Both the position numbers and the translations under genes were made by a program. From a virus (Duplodnaviria > Caudoviricetes), in IMG/VR virus record IMGVR_UViG_3300025018_000300, positions 1 to 37,218 of that record: DNA of 37,218 bases. One strand, given 5' to 3'. Shown one piece after another: positions 8,068 through 17,713 of the stretch (positions are counted from its first letter, which is position 1; every line of letters begins with the position of its first letter). The notes under the pieces are model-generated. The model ran no database searches. It saw only the letters and a list, made by a program, of their open reading frames with translations, and was not told where the DNA came from.

Positions 8068-9627
8068 TTAGTAGAAGGGTTTCACACTTTCTACCCGACG
8101 ACGCGCACTATAATATTTTTCCATCTTAACGTCATTTTCAGTTGTTACGGTAGGGCGGCTGCGCAGTAAGTACCCGATGGCATCATAAGCGTGATCTTCT
8201 TGTCGGGGTCCCGGTCCTTTATCAGCTTCGTTCTTGTCCAATACTAAGTTTGGTACAGTTCGCCAGAAGTTGACGCAGTTTTCCATAATAAACAACATAG
8301 GCACTGGCCTATCTGCGGGATCAACATTATCCTTGTTGCCAGCCAATCGCGCCAAAAATTCATTGAAGTTAGCTTTTCTGTCTTTTATGGATTTTCTCAG
8401 TCGTATTGCGCCACCTGTAGCAACAAACATTTTTTCCTGTGGTGAAGGGCCGTCGCCACTTGCCCACATCTGATAGTCAGCAACACGATAACTGGGTGTT
8501 CCCAGATTTTCATCTTTTTCAATCTCTAATATACGTTTAGCTACTTGGTCACTTCCCCAACGAATACCCTTGTTTTCTTCACCTGTCCAACCATACCACT
8601 CGTAATACAGAACTATTGCCCCTTCTGGTATTATTATCTCTCGTTCTCTACCAAAACGAGTATCTTCTATAATAACACCTTCACTGATAGCAGCCCAATA
8701 TACTGCAAAAGGCGCTGCTGTACCCCAGTCAATAGCCATAACTCGTGTCCAATGTTTGGGTATTTCAAACACGGGTAAGGCGTGGCGTATACGTTCTAAA
8801 TTATGTAATGCTGACCCTTCAATAGCATCCCAGTCACCATCACGTAATGCTTTAGCTCGCTCTGGTGGCATATCTGTAAATACGGTTATATAATCCTTAT
8901 CCAAATGTTCATTGTCTCTGGCTGTTGCTGGTATATAAACGCATCGCTTACCTTCAAAATACTCACCAGTTTTAGGGTCTGTGTATTCACTGGATTTATC
9001 CCTAAACACAGTCTGTGGCGGGGCAGGATCAACAAACCGTTTTTTTAGGTATGCTCTACTGGGGCCACCAATGGGGTTGGTTAGAAATAGTATTCTGGGG
9101 AACAAGTGGGCTTGTGGCTTTCGACCTTCACTTATGCGCTTCAAATCGTAAGCTTCAAGTTTTGCCTTGAACTTGCCTAATCTGCAACGAGTTTGAAGCA
9201 TTTTTAATTGGTAAGGCGTCATTAGAACTGCTTCGTCAACAATCAACATATGCATTTCAGAACCTAAGTATTTATCAACATCAGGTTCTTCTGCCGCTGC
9301 GCAGAAATGTATTACGCTACCGTTATGAAATTCGTATCTTGCCGCCGCTGCTTGATACCGACCAAGTACGTCTGAGCAAATATCATTGACGGTTTTGATA
9401 ATAGTTCTGTCCAAGTCGGCCATAACTCGTCGAAATATAAAACATTGCAGTCCAGGATTTTCTAAACAAGCCGCAACAGCATCCTGTGACGCACCATAGC
9501 TTTTACCACCTCCTGCTGCACCGCCATATAAAATAACGTTCGCTGCTACAGAATGTAAAAGTGCTTGCTTTGGTGTGGGTGTATAGTCTTGTTTCCAAGT
9601 AACAACGGAACTCTTCTTTTCAGCCAT
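8068..9627 (-). CDS. terL: terminase large subunit
   Basis: YGGAAGGGKS (Walker A), LIVDEA (Walker B), TNP coupling motif, AIDWG and EDHAYDA nuclease motifs. Confidence 0.95.
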   Translation of the reverse strand: MAEKKSSVVTWKQDYTPTPKQALLHSVAANVILYGGAAGGGKSYGASQDAVAACLENPGLQCFIFRRVMADLDRTIIKTVNDICSDVLGRYQAAAARYEFHNGSVIHFCAAAEEPDVDKYLGSEMHMLIVDEAVLMTPYQLKMLQTRCRLGKFKAKLEAYDLKRISEGRKPQAHLFPRILFLTNPIGGPSRAYLKKRFVDPAPPQTVFRDKSSEYTDPKTGEYFEGKRCVYIPATARDNEHLDKDYITVFTDMPPERAKALRDGDWDAIEGSALHNLERIRHALPVFEIPKHWTRVMAIDWGTAAPFAVYWAAISEGVIIEDTRFGREREIIIPEGAIVLYYEWYGWTGEENKGIRWGSDQVAKRILEIEKDENLGTPSYRVADYQMWASGDGPSPQEKMFVATGGAIRLRKSIKDRKANFNEFLARLAGNKDNVDPADRPVPMLFIMENCVNFWRTVPNLVLDKNEADKGPGPRQEDHAYDAIGYLLRSRPTVTTENDVKMEKYYSARRRVESVKPFY

Positions 9628-9645
9628 TTAATCTCCTCATCTTTA

Positions 9646-9659
9646 TATTTATATAAATA
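9646..9659. promoter_or_regulatory. palindromic bidirectional TATAAATA promoter
   Basis: TATTTATATAAATA is a perfect 14-bp palindrome giving TATAAATA on both strands, between divergent terL and holin-like gene. Confidence 0.7.
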
Positions 9660-9686
9660 ATATAAAGGCCGTAATAAGGAAATATA

Positions 9687-10403
9687 ATGAGTGAAGAAGA
9701 GCGCGGCCCTAAAACCGCAGCCGTTAACGCGGTGGGAAAATATTTTGAAAATACCTCACCACTAAGAATGATTGCGCACGTATTATTTATAGCTTCAATA
9801 TCAATGGTTAGTCTTGCCGTGTATCTGGGTTATAAAATAATACATCATGATGATGTATTGGTAAGCATAATTGCGAATTTTCGGGATGATCATTCAGATC
9901 ACTTTGATAAGTATCTCACTTCCAATAATATAGCGCGTGATTTTTTAACTGAATTACGAGACAGGTTGGGCGCAACAGACGCAGTTTTATTTCTCTTACA
10001 TAATGGTAAGATCAGCACTGGCGGTATACCATTTTTTAAAGCCACCCAATTTAGCCAAGCATCTACCAGTGCCAGCAATGAGTTTATAGATATTGAAACC
10101 CGAGAGTTTCCTTTTTTAAATAATGCATTAAATGGTCAAACAACAGAATTTAGGTTGGGTGATCAACTTATTGCTGCTCGCGCAAATTCCAAAGATCTTA
10201 TTATATTTCAAGGGCCATTATTCAAAGGCTTATTGGGTGTGCCACACGGATGGATATGGGTGAAATTCCCCGGTGATCGGAAGTTTACCGAAGCAGAGCG
10301 AGCAGAGATAATCAAGCAGGTTGAAACATATAGCCTCCTGATACAAACCGCTCTTATTCTCCGTAAAACTAATGCAAAAGAATTTAATGGGCGTTCTCCG
10401 TAA
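9687..10403 (+). CDS. putative T4-T-like holin (single TM plus GAF-like soluble domain)
   Basis: One TM helix near residues 28-48, then LTELRDRLGATDAVLFLLHNG...QGPLF...GWIWVKF. Size and layout resemble T4 gpT. Confidence 0.55.
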   Translation: MSEEERGPKTAAVNAVGKYFENTSPLRMIAHVLFIASISMVSLAVYLGYKIIHHDDVLVSIIANFRDDHSDHFDKYLTSNNIARDFLTELRDRLGATDAVLFLLHNGKISTGGIPFFKATQFSQASTSASNEFIDIETREFPFLNNALNGQTTEFRLGDQLIAARANSKDLIIFQGPLFKGLLGVPHGWIWVKFPGDRKFTEAERAEIIKQVETYSLLIQTALILRKTNAKEFNGRSP

Positions 10404-10476
10404 AACTTTTGAATAGGTCACAAGTTATTGTGCTGTCTGATGAAATATAGGGTGTGGCAGTTATGTGTATGTCCTC

Positions 10477-13400
10477 TTATAGACCAAGTACATCTATTAG
10501 GTCTTGAAGGTCATTGCTGACTTTCTCTTCGCCTGTTCTTGCCATTGCTTGCCCTAATACAGACTTGAAACGGTCGCCTCCCAAACGCTCCTTTAATTTC
10601 ATATACTTAGCTATACTTACCGGATCGCTCAAACTACGTGCCATACTTCTTTCACTAAACCAGTTACCAGCATATTTAACAGCGGTCATCCTTCTGCCCT
10701 GACTTGTTAGAACACCAAAGCTACCTCTATATGCCGCAAATACCAAAGCTAACCAACTGTCGATCGGTTGACTTTGATTTTTGCCAGTTCTGTTGACTGC
10801 GCTTGCCCAATCAGCTAATTCTTCCAAACCTTTGGCATATTCCTGACCAAACAGTTCATCACTCATATCTTTGTTGGTTTTAATCCAGCTTCTTATTGCT
10901 TCTGCATCCACTTTAACAGCGGGGTCATTGAGTGTTCCGGCTTTAATAATATTATCTTGTAGGTTTGAAACAACATATCTCTTGAACTTATCTTCCAATT
11001 GCAGTTCTGGATACTCACGAGCAATGCTTCTCAAGCGTGATATGTCACCCTTAAAGCCCGATTTCCAAATCGTATCAAATACAGCTAAGGGGTTCTTTGT
11101 ATTGGCGATACGGGCATCAAACGCTTCTTCCAGCATTGTATTCGCACTACTTAATCTGGCTGTTTCCACATCAAGAGCACGCTTCAATTCAACGGGCTTA
11201 CTAAACATACTTAGTTCACCGGGCGTAAAGAATGTTGATAATGCTTCTCTGTATTCTTTATCAAACTTCTTTGCGGCGGCTAAATCAACATTACCGTCTT
11301 TAACCACTAAATCATACCAACGCTGACGAGTTGCTTCTCTGATACGAGTAGCAGTTTCAGTGCTTAATTCGTCTGTTTCAGCTAATCTGCTTTCTCGTTT
11401 GATAATAGTGTCAAACTGGCGACTTGCTCCCGGTTTTGTTACAACATCAAATACTTCTGCATCGCTTAATTCATAACTGCGAACACCATCAGTGGTGCCC
11501 TTCGCTGGGCTGGGTCTGATAATACGTTCCGCATAATCTCTGCGTAGTAAGTTCATACCATCACGATAAAAACTTTGAACTTCATTGCTTTTATTAAACC
11601 AGCTTTCAATGCTGTCTGCACGGGCTGTATCACCACTATCACGAGCAGTTTTGATGGCAGCTTGCCACGCATCATCAATGTCTTGTCTCATTGCGTCAGC
11701 TATCATATTCAAGCTGGATTTGAAGTCTGGGCTTAAGTTGCGGTCATACGCTTTATCTTTTAGTTGGTTAAGTGTTTGTTCAAACTTTGAAAAGTCAACT
11801 GTTTTTCCTTCTGCTGTTTCATTAATATTTGCTATTAGACTATTTTGTGTTTCACCCAACGTTTTTGTAGTTCTGGCTATTTCAGCACGAGTAGCGGCTT
11901 CTGCTTGATCAAAGTTTTTACCAATAGACGCTTCGGTTACGGTATAGTCTCTTGTTATGGAATCAACTTTAGCGGGGTCTGGCGTAAATGTTTGTTTGTT
12001 CGGTGTGAATTTTACCAATTCAACTCTATCCATTACAGCACTACTTATTTTGCTTTCTATGTCACCGCCAACAACGAGAATAATGCGCTTTCTGGGCGCT
12101 TCCATATCAGATATGTTATTCAACTGGGTTTTTAAGTTATCCAATTCAGCAGCATCTTCAACAGAACTTACTCTTAACACTGCGATTGGTTGTTGATCGG
12201 AATCTGTTCGCTTGAATGTTGTATCTGCAAACCAATCTTCCAATTTTCTTCGGTTAGCAGCACTTAAGCCAACAAGATCGTGTTCAACGGCATTACTTTT
12301 GATCAATCCGTCCAACACCGCATTAAAAGACTTATCATCACCGCCTTTGACCATCATAAGAGCAGCACTTTCAGCGGCATCTTGATTGAAAGATAACACT
12401 TGATAATATGACTGTTCATTAGGGAACAAGCTTGGTGAAATGCCTTTTGTAAATTGCTCTTTTGTAATCTGTTCTGGGAACTGACCTAAATTTAGTCCAT
12501 CTTCACGGCTACGTACACGTGGTAATCCACTTGTTCTACCCGGTATTTTTCTTGCTTCTCTAAAACTGGTTACGCCATCCAATGCTTTATCCAACACGTC
12601 TGGAGCACTGGGTTGTTTGTATTTTTGTGCTACACCAAATCCATATGCCTTTTTAGCTAATGGATTATTTAAATCAACGTTAACAAGTCGTTCGTCTCTG
12701 TTTATCTTTCCGGCCGCGCCCTTGGGATTATTGGTTGTGATAATCACTCTAACTTGTTGATATTGTGGCTTTTCAAGCAATTCATTTATTGTATTTCTTT
12801 TTGCTAAATCTGTTAGAGCAACATCGCCTTCATCCAATACCAATACCCGTACTGGTCTTTTTGTGTCGGTAAGGGTAAGTTGATCAAGTTTTCGTTCTAA
12901 TAGTTCCTTGGTGAACGCCTTGCTGTTGATTGTTTCAACCATAACTCTACCAGAGCTTTGGAGCACATTACCAATACTGCTTTTTCCTGATCCCCTTGGC
13001 CCTGAAAATATTATGGTTTCTGGTAAAGCGGTGTTAGCCCCGAGATTTGCTAAACTTTCAATGCTACCATCACCTAAATCTGCTGATTTAACTGTTCCTG
13101 ATATAATTTCCTCTACAACGTCTCTAACAGATTTATCAACAACCAATTCATCTAATGTTGCGGGAACAGGCCCACTTGTTCTACCAGCATTATATGCTTG
13201 ACGCACTATGGGGTCTGCATCTGTTTCAAATTTACGGCCATAATTCTCTAACTGACTAACACCAGCTTCTCGTGACGCTAATTCTGCATCCACTGAGTTT
13301 GGGTTGCTTCTTAATGCGGTTAATGCTTCATCACGCTGCGTTGCCAGTTCTGATAGCTGTTGATTGAGCTTAGTCAAGCGTTGATTAGCTGACAAATCAC

Positions 13401-14937
13401 TCGCCTTAACTGCATCTTCCAGTTCTGTTACTTTTGCTGATAACTGTTGATATTGTTCGCCGTTTAAGCCCTTGTATAAGTTGGATAATAATCGTCTGTT
13501 TTCAGTAACCAGTTCTGGCACTAATCCACCGCCACGATATTCTATTTCATCCATAATACGCGCAATGCTGCTTTCAGGATCAACACGAAGCCCTATATCA
13601 CGGGCTTGGTCATTTATTAATCCCAAGTCACTACGTCGTGTTTCGTCAAATTCGCCGCCTTTTCGTTCTGTCAAATCGCGTAAACTACTGCCTGCTTGTT
13701 CTGGCATAACATTAGTTCTATTCGTTTCTGCTGCATTAGCAGTTTCAGCAGCCAATCTTTCCTGTTCACGAGTAGCCGCGCCCTGTACCACTCTACCAGC
13801 AGCCACTACTTCTTCTCTGGCTACGGGTGCTACATCAACTTTGTCTCTAACAGCGGTGCTCAAACCAAGTTCACGTGCGCCTTTTGCCTTACGCATTATA
13901 TCAGTCGTTTGTGCTAATCCGGCTTCTGCGTTTAATAATTCCGCACCAATCTTTTTAGCATTGTCATCTCCATATTGACTGAGCACCTGCCCAGCACTTA
14001 ACTTTCTTTCCGCTACAACAGCTTCACCACCCGCTCTATTGATTGCTTCGTCAATCTGTTTTGCCGTTAATCCGGGTATGCTCGTTCCGCTTTTAAATTG
14101 TTTAAGTATCTTTATCGCAACTGCACCTACAACTTCACCACCACCAGCCATAGCAGCTTCGTATATTATAGGTTTTAGATATTCGCCAGTCGTTTCGAAT
14201 GTTTGAACACCCAATGCTTTTGCTAATTCTTGTCTACCGGTTTGGGCAACACCCGCCCCGATGCCTGCGCCACCAGCAGCACCAGCCAAACCACCAACCG
14301 CACCTGCAATACCACCAGCCAAACCACCCGCGATTGGAAAAACTTCACCAGCTACGTCGGCTACGTCTCCCACTATGTCACCAAAGCCAATCAAGCTGTT
14401 GCCTTCTGGATCAATGAAGTTGTATTTTCCTGTTTCTGGGTTTTTGAATACTAACTGTTCAGCACCATTTCGTTTAACAACACCAAATTCAACGGGTTTG
14501 CCGTATTTTTCCTGTAATGTTTTTCCAAAATAACCTATTCTGGCATGTTCGTTGGTTGCTAAACTGCCTAATGCACGAGTGCCAGCACCAACACCCACAT
14601 TTTCAGCGCCAATACCTTTAAGTTGTTCATCCAAACTTCTTGTGTCTGTTTTAGGCATTTTAAATTTAACCATTTCGTTAGGATCATTTAAATCCTTGAA
14701 ATATGGGTTAGTTGAATCAAAGTATGTTTTTTCCTCGCCCTGCAACTCGCTATATCGCTTTTCAACAAAAGGTCCGCGAGTGTTTATTTCACCAATAATT
14801 GGTAAGCCTTGACGGTTTAGTTGTTCTGGTGCTTTAACAGCACGAATACGGTCTAATAAATTACCTGTTTCGGGCGCTGATGATTGTGCTTGTGTGGGTG
14901 CTTTAACAGCACGAATTCTGTCTAATAGATTATTCAT
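10477..14937 (-). CDS. large internal virion/DNA-ejection protein with inserted AAA+ module
   Basis: 1486 aa, last of three ejection-type genes, with a Gly/Ala hydrophobic stretch near the N-terminus. Contains GPRGSGKS, VLVLDEGD and IITTNN motifs. Confidence 0.75.
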   Translation of the reverse strand: MNNLLDRIRAVKAPTQAQSSAPETGNLLDRIRAVKAPEQLNRQGLPIIGEINTRGPFVEKRYSELQGEEKTYFDSTNPYFKDLNDPNEMVKFKMPKTDTRSLDEQLKGIGAENVGVGAGTRALGSLATNEHARIGYFGKTLQEKYGKPVEFGVVKRNGAEQLVFKNPETGKYNFIDPEGNSLIGFGDIVGDVADVAGEVFPIAGGLAGGIAGAVGGLAGAAGGAGIGAGVAQTGRQELAKALGVQTFETTGEYLKPIIYEAAMAGGGEVVGAVAIKILKQFKSGTSIPGLTAKQIDEAINRAGGEAVVAERKLSAGQVLSQYGDDNAKKIGAELLNAEAGLAQTTDIMRKAKGARELGLSTAVRDKVDVAPVAREEVVAAGRVVQGAATREQERLAAETANAAETNRTNVMPEQAGSSLRDLTERKGGEFDETRRSDLGLINDQARDIGLRVDPESSIARIMDEIEYRGGGLVPELVTENRRLLSNLYKGLNGEQYQQLSAKVTELEDAVKASDLSANQRLTKLNQQLSELATQRDEALTALRSNPNSVDAELASREAGVSQLENYGRKFETDADPIVRQAYNAGRTSGPVPATLDELVVDKSVRDVVEEIISGTVKSADLGDGSIESLANLGANTALPETIIFSGPRGSGKSSIGNVLQSSGRVMVETINSKAFTKELLERKLDQLTLTDTKRPVRVLVLDEGDVALTDLAKRNTINELLEKPQYQQVRVIITTNNPKGAAGKINRDERLVNVDLNNPLAKKAYGFGVAQKYKQPSAPDVLDKALDGVTSFREARKIPGRTSGLPRVRSREDGLNLGQFPEQITKEQFTKGISPSLFPNEQSYYQVLSFNQDAAESAALMMVKGGDDKSFNAVLDGLIKSNAVEHDLVGLSAANRRKLEDWFADTTFKRTDSDQQPIAVLRVSSVEDAAELDNLKTQLNNISDMEAPRKRIILVVGGDIESKISSAVMDRVELVKFTPNKQTFTPDPAKVDSITRDYTVTEASIGKNFDQAEAATRAEIARTTKTLGETQNSLIANINETAEGKTVDFSKFEQTLNQLKDKAYDRNLSPDFKSSLNMIADAMRQDIDDAWQAAIKTARDSGDTARADSIESWFNKSNEVQSFYRDGMNLLRRDYAERIIRPSPAKGTTDGVRSYELSDAEVFDVVTKPGASRQFDTIIKRESRLAETDELSTETATRIREATRQRWYDLVVKDGNVDLAAAKKFDKEYREALSTFFTPGELSMFSKPVELKRALDVETARLSSANTMLEEAFDARIANTKNPLAVFDTIWKSGFKGDISRLRSIAREYPELQLEDKFKRYVVSNLQDNIIKAGTLNDPAVKVDAEAIRSWIKTNKDMSDELFGQEYAKGLEELADWASAVNRTGKNQSQPIDSWLALVFAAYRGSFGVLTSQGRRMTAVKYAGNWFSERSMARSLSDPVSIAKYMKLKERLGGDRFKSVLGQAMARTGEEKVSNDLQDLIDVLGL

Positions 14938-17002
14938 AACCTTCCTCTAACAGCTTGTCTCTTATCTGCTCGTCTGTTAATCCCTTATCTCTAAGTTGTA
15001 TTACTCGTGTTTCAAACTCTGGCTTTTCGGCGGGCGTTGCTGTTGCGGGCGCTGACGAAGCATTTGCTGTAGGCTCCTGTAGAGGGAATTTTCTGCCATC
15101 CTTGTACATTGAATTGTGTAGTCGTTCTAATGTGGCATAATCCTTTTTAACAAGTCTACCAATTTCGCCTTCAATAATTTGAGCAACTATCATAGGATCG
15201 GCAGTAATTGCGCTTGGATCAGGAATGATTTGATCAGCACGTCTTACGTCAGCGTCAGTTAGAACACCACTACCATTCAATGCTCTTGCAACTTGGAACA
15301 CCAACATTGTTCTTTGTGCGTCTATACCAGCTATATTTCGCGCCGCTTCTCTGAGTTGATTGCCGTATGTGTCACTCAATAATGCACCACTTGCGTCAAC
15401 CAATCCCAAAATGTTATTGACGTTGAAGTTGACACCGTTTAATAAGCTAATAATTGGACTTGCAGCACCCATAAAGCGTGCGTTTTCTCTGATGCTGTTA
15501 GCTAATGCTTTGCCTTCTTCCAATCGACCAGCCAAGTTAATGTGCATATTACTGTATTGTTTCTTTTGGTCATTTGTTAAATTGCTTTCATTGATATAAT
15601 CCAAGTCAGATGACCATTCGCCTGTTGCAGTTACGCCAGCGCCGCCAGTGTTACTTCCTCGGGTTGATGGTGGTTTGTTCAAACTCAAGCCCATTTCTTT
15701 GGCTTTTTCTGTGAATATACGAGTTAGCTGAATGTCATCGAAACTGGCTAATCGGGGTCCCATTTCAGGATCAGCACCAATAGCCGCTAATACAACACCT
15801 AATGTTTCTGGATTATTACCCAATACCGCTTCGGCTACTTTGAATACTCTGCCTTCTTCTGCTGTAGCTTCTCGTTTGGCTTTTTCATATTGTTGACCTA
15901 CCCAGCTTCTTTGTGATGTAGCCATCTGAATAAGTCTGTTCATATAATCCATTTCAGCAGAATTATTGTCTTTAACAATACCTTGGTCAAACTTAACTTG
16001 TTTGTCAAGTTCAGAGGAGAAATCCTTATTACCAAACTGCCCTGTTAAAACACCAGTAAGTGCCATTAAGTCGCGTTCAAGTGGATCACGAACGGGTTGT
16101 GTTTGTGCTCCTTTGGCTTTCATAAGTTCATATAACTGTTGTAGTTCTGCATTTGGTGCGTTTGCTTGTTGTAATAAACTATCTAATCTCGCATTACTAA
16201 AGCCCGAACTTGGTCTGCCAGCGAAAGCCGTAATCGGTGTTGCGCCACCAAATGGTTGCCCTGCTGCTACTGCTGCGCCCTGTTCTTTTGACATACCAAT
16301 TTCCATCTCAATCATTGCGTCTCTGATCTTCGGAATGTCGGCAGTACTAAGTGTTTGTAGTGGGTTTATACCAGTTTTGCTGGCAACGAAATTGATATAC
16401 GTACCTGTATCATTTTCACTGGATGGTGCCCAATTTCTGATAATGTCCTGTATGTTTGTTAATGGTTTACCGGTTGTAGCGCCATTCATATAACGCATAA
16501 TTTGTGCGTCCATCGCAGCAATACCTTCTTCGTATGAATTAAATCTAGCAAAACCGTTTTCACCGGGTTGCGCGCCTGATTGTCCAACGAAGCGAATATT
16601 ACCTGGATTATTATTTCTCACACCAAGTGGTATTTTACCCACTGGTGCTGATGGTTGAGCAACAGCAGGCGCTGCTACAACAGGTGCCGCTACTGGTAAG
16701 TTCATAGGGTCTACGGGTACTGGCGCTGGTACTACAACGGGTGCAGGCTGCGATACGGGAGCCATCGCTACTGGTAAGTTCATAGGGTCTACGGGTACTG
16801 GCGCCGGCGCTGGCGCTGGTGCTGGTGGCTGACCGCCACCAACAGGCACACTGAATGGATCTTGAAACGATGGCATACCCTGATCTTTGCTGCCTGTTCC
16901 CACAGTGCTTAGACCGCTCTGCGCAGGATCACCGTTTAGGATAGCACTACGACCCGTTCTTGCTTGGCGGCGATCTGCGCCGTATGTTGCTCCTACACCC
17001 AT
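14930..17002 (-). CDS. internal virion/ejection protein with lysozyme-like (NNPGNIR) domain
   Basis: GVRNNNPGNIR...GFARF...II.NWAP.SENDT..YI motif, Pro-rich N-terminal linker, helical remainder. Confidence 0.75.
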   Translation of the reverse strand: MGVGATYGADRRQARTGRSAILNGDPAQSGLSTVGTGSKDQGMPSFQDPFSVPVGGGQPPAPAPAPAPVPVDPMNLPVAMAPVSQPAPVVVPAPVPVDPMNLPVAAPVVAAPAVAQPSAPVGKIPLGVRNNNPGNIRFVGQSGAQPGENGFARFNSYEEGIAAMDAQIMRYMNGATTGKPLTNIQDIIRNWAPSSENDTGTYINFVASKTGINPLQTLSTADIPKIRDAMIEMEIGMSKEQGAAVAAGQPFGGATPITAFAGRPSSGFSNARLDSLLQQANAPNAELQQLYELMKAKGAQTQPVRDPLERDLMALTGVLTGQFGNKDFSSELDKQVKFDQGIVKDNNSAEMDYMNRLIQMATSQRSWVGQQYEKAKREATAEEGRVFKVAEAVLGNNPETLGVVLAAIGADPEMGPRLASFDDIQLTRIFTEKAKEMGLSLNKPPSTRGSNTGGAGVTATGEWSSDLDYINESNLTNDQKKQYSNMHINLAGRLEEGKALANSIRENARFMGAASPIISLLNGVNFNVNNILGLVDASGALLSDTYGNQLREAARNIAGIDAQRTMLVFQVARALNGSGVLTDADVRRADQIIPDPSAITADPMIVAQIIEGEIGRLVKKDYATLERLHNSMYKDGRKFPLQEPTANASSAPATATPAEKPEFETRVIQLRDKGLTDEQIRDKLLEEGYE
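16688..16804. repeat. 39-bp exact direct repeat in Pro-rich linker
   Basis: CGCTACTGGTAAGTTCATAGGGTCTACGGGTACTGGCGC at 16688-16726 and 16766-16804 (APVPVDPMNLPVA twice). Confidence 0.9.
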
Positions 17003-17676
17003 TATGTTACCACCGTATCATTAGCACCAAAGATGCTGTCTATTAAACTCTTACCTGTATCACTTCGTTCAAATAATCCACCAGCAATATTGCCTAATCC
17101 AGCGAAAGTGCTTGCTTTCTGTTGTTGGTTGGCTGCTGCTCGTTGACTTTGTATCTGTCCTATTTGACCTAATCCACTTGCCGCACTTTGTATTGGTGCA
17201 GCATTGCCCAATATGGTAGCACTAACATTATTGTTCATTCCGGCTAAATCAGTTAGTCTTGTTCTGGCTGCGGCTTTGGCTGTTGCATCGGCTGTGTCAT
17301 AAGCAGCACCAATAGTTCTGGCTTGCATTTCATCGCGTCTTTCTGGATTTATCAAACCACCAGAACCAATACCACGGGCTTTAGCACGATTGCTGACTAA
17401 TATCATATCCATAAGAGCGTTTCTATTTTGGTTGATATAGTTGTCTTTTTCTTCCTGCATATATTTTTGGAAAAGTGGATTGTCCGTGCCATTTTTTAAA
17501 GCAGCATATATTTGTAATATTTCTGGTACAGTCTTTTCTTCACTGAGTTTTGATAAACGCACAAGTTCTTCATAATACTTGCCGCTCGCAACTTCTGCTG
17601 GGCTGGCTTTTTGGCTTTTAGCGCCGCCCCCTAATAGCCCTCCAACGGCTGATCCCAACGCGGAAAAGATACTCAT
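17002..17676 (-). CDS. small internal virion/pilot (ejection) protein
   Basis: MSIFSALGSAVGGLLGGG N-terminus, Ala/Gln/Gly-rich, positioned after the nozzle gene. Confidence 0.7.
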   Translation of the reverse strand: MSIFSALGSAVGGLLGGGAKSQKASPAEVASGKYYEELVRLSKLSEEKTVPEILQIYAALKNGTDNPLFQKYMQEEKDNYINQNRNALMDMILVSNRAKARGIGSGGLINPERRDEMQARTIGAAYDTADATAKAAARTRLTDLAGMNNNVSATILGNAAPIQSAASGLGQIGQIQSQRAAANQQQKASTFAGLGNIAGGLFERSDTGKSLIDSIFGANDTVVT

Positions 17677-17695
17677 ATAAAAACTCCCTTTATCT

Positions 17696-17703
17696 TATTT
17701 ATT
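17696..17703 (-). promoter_or_regulatory. AATAAATA box upstream of ejection operon
   Basis: Lies in the short intergenic gap before SD GGGAG. Confidence 0.5.
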
Positions 17704-17713
17704 AATATCGCAA

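Noticed and set aside
12000-13170. Archaeal virus interpretation (RFC-like domain, AEP primase, TATA-like boxes)
   Set aside because: GH24 endolysin, virion muramidase, GroES and a sigma70-type promoter point to a bacterial host.
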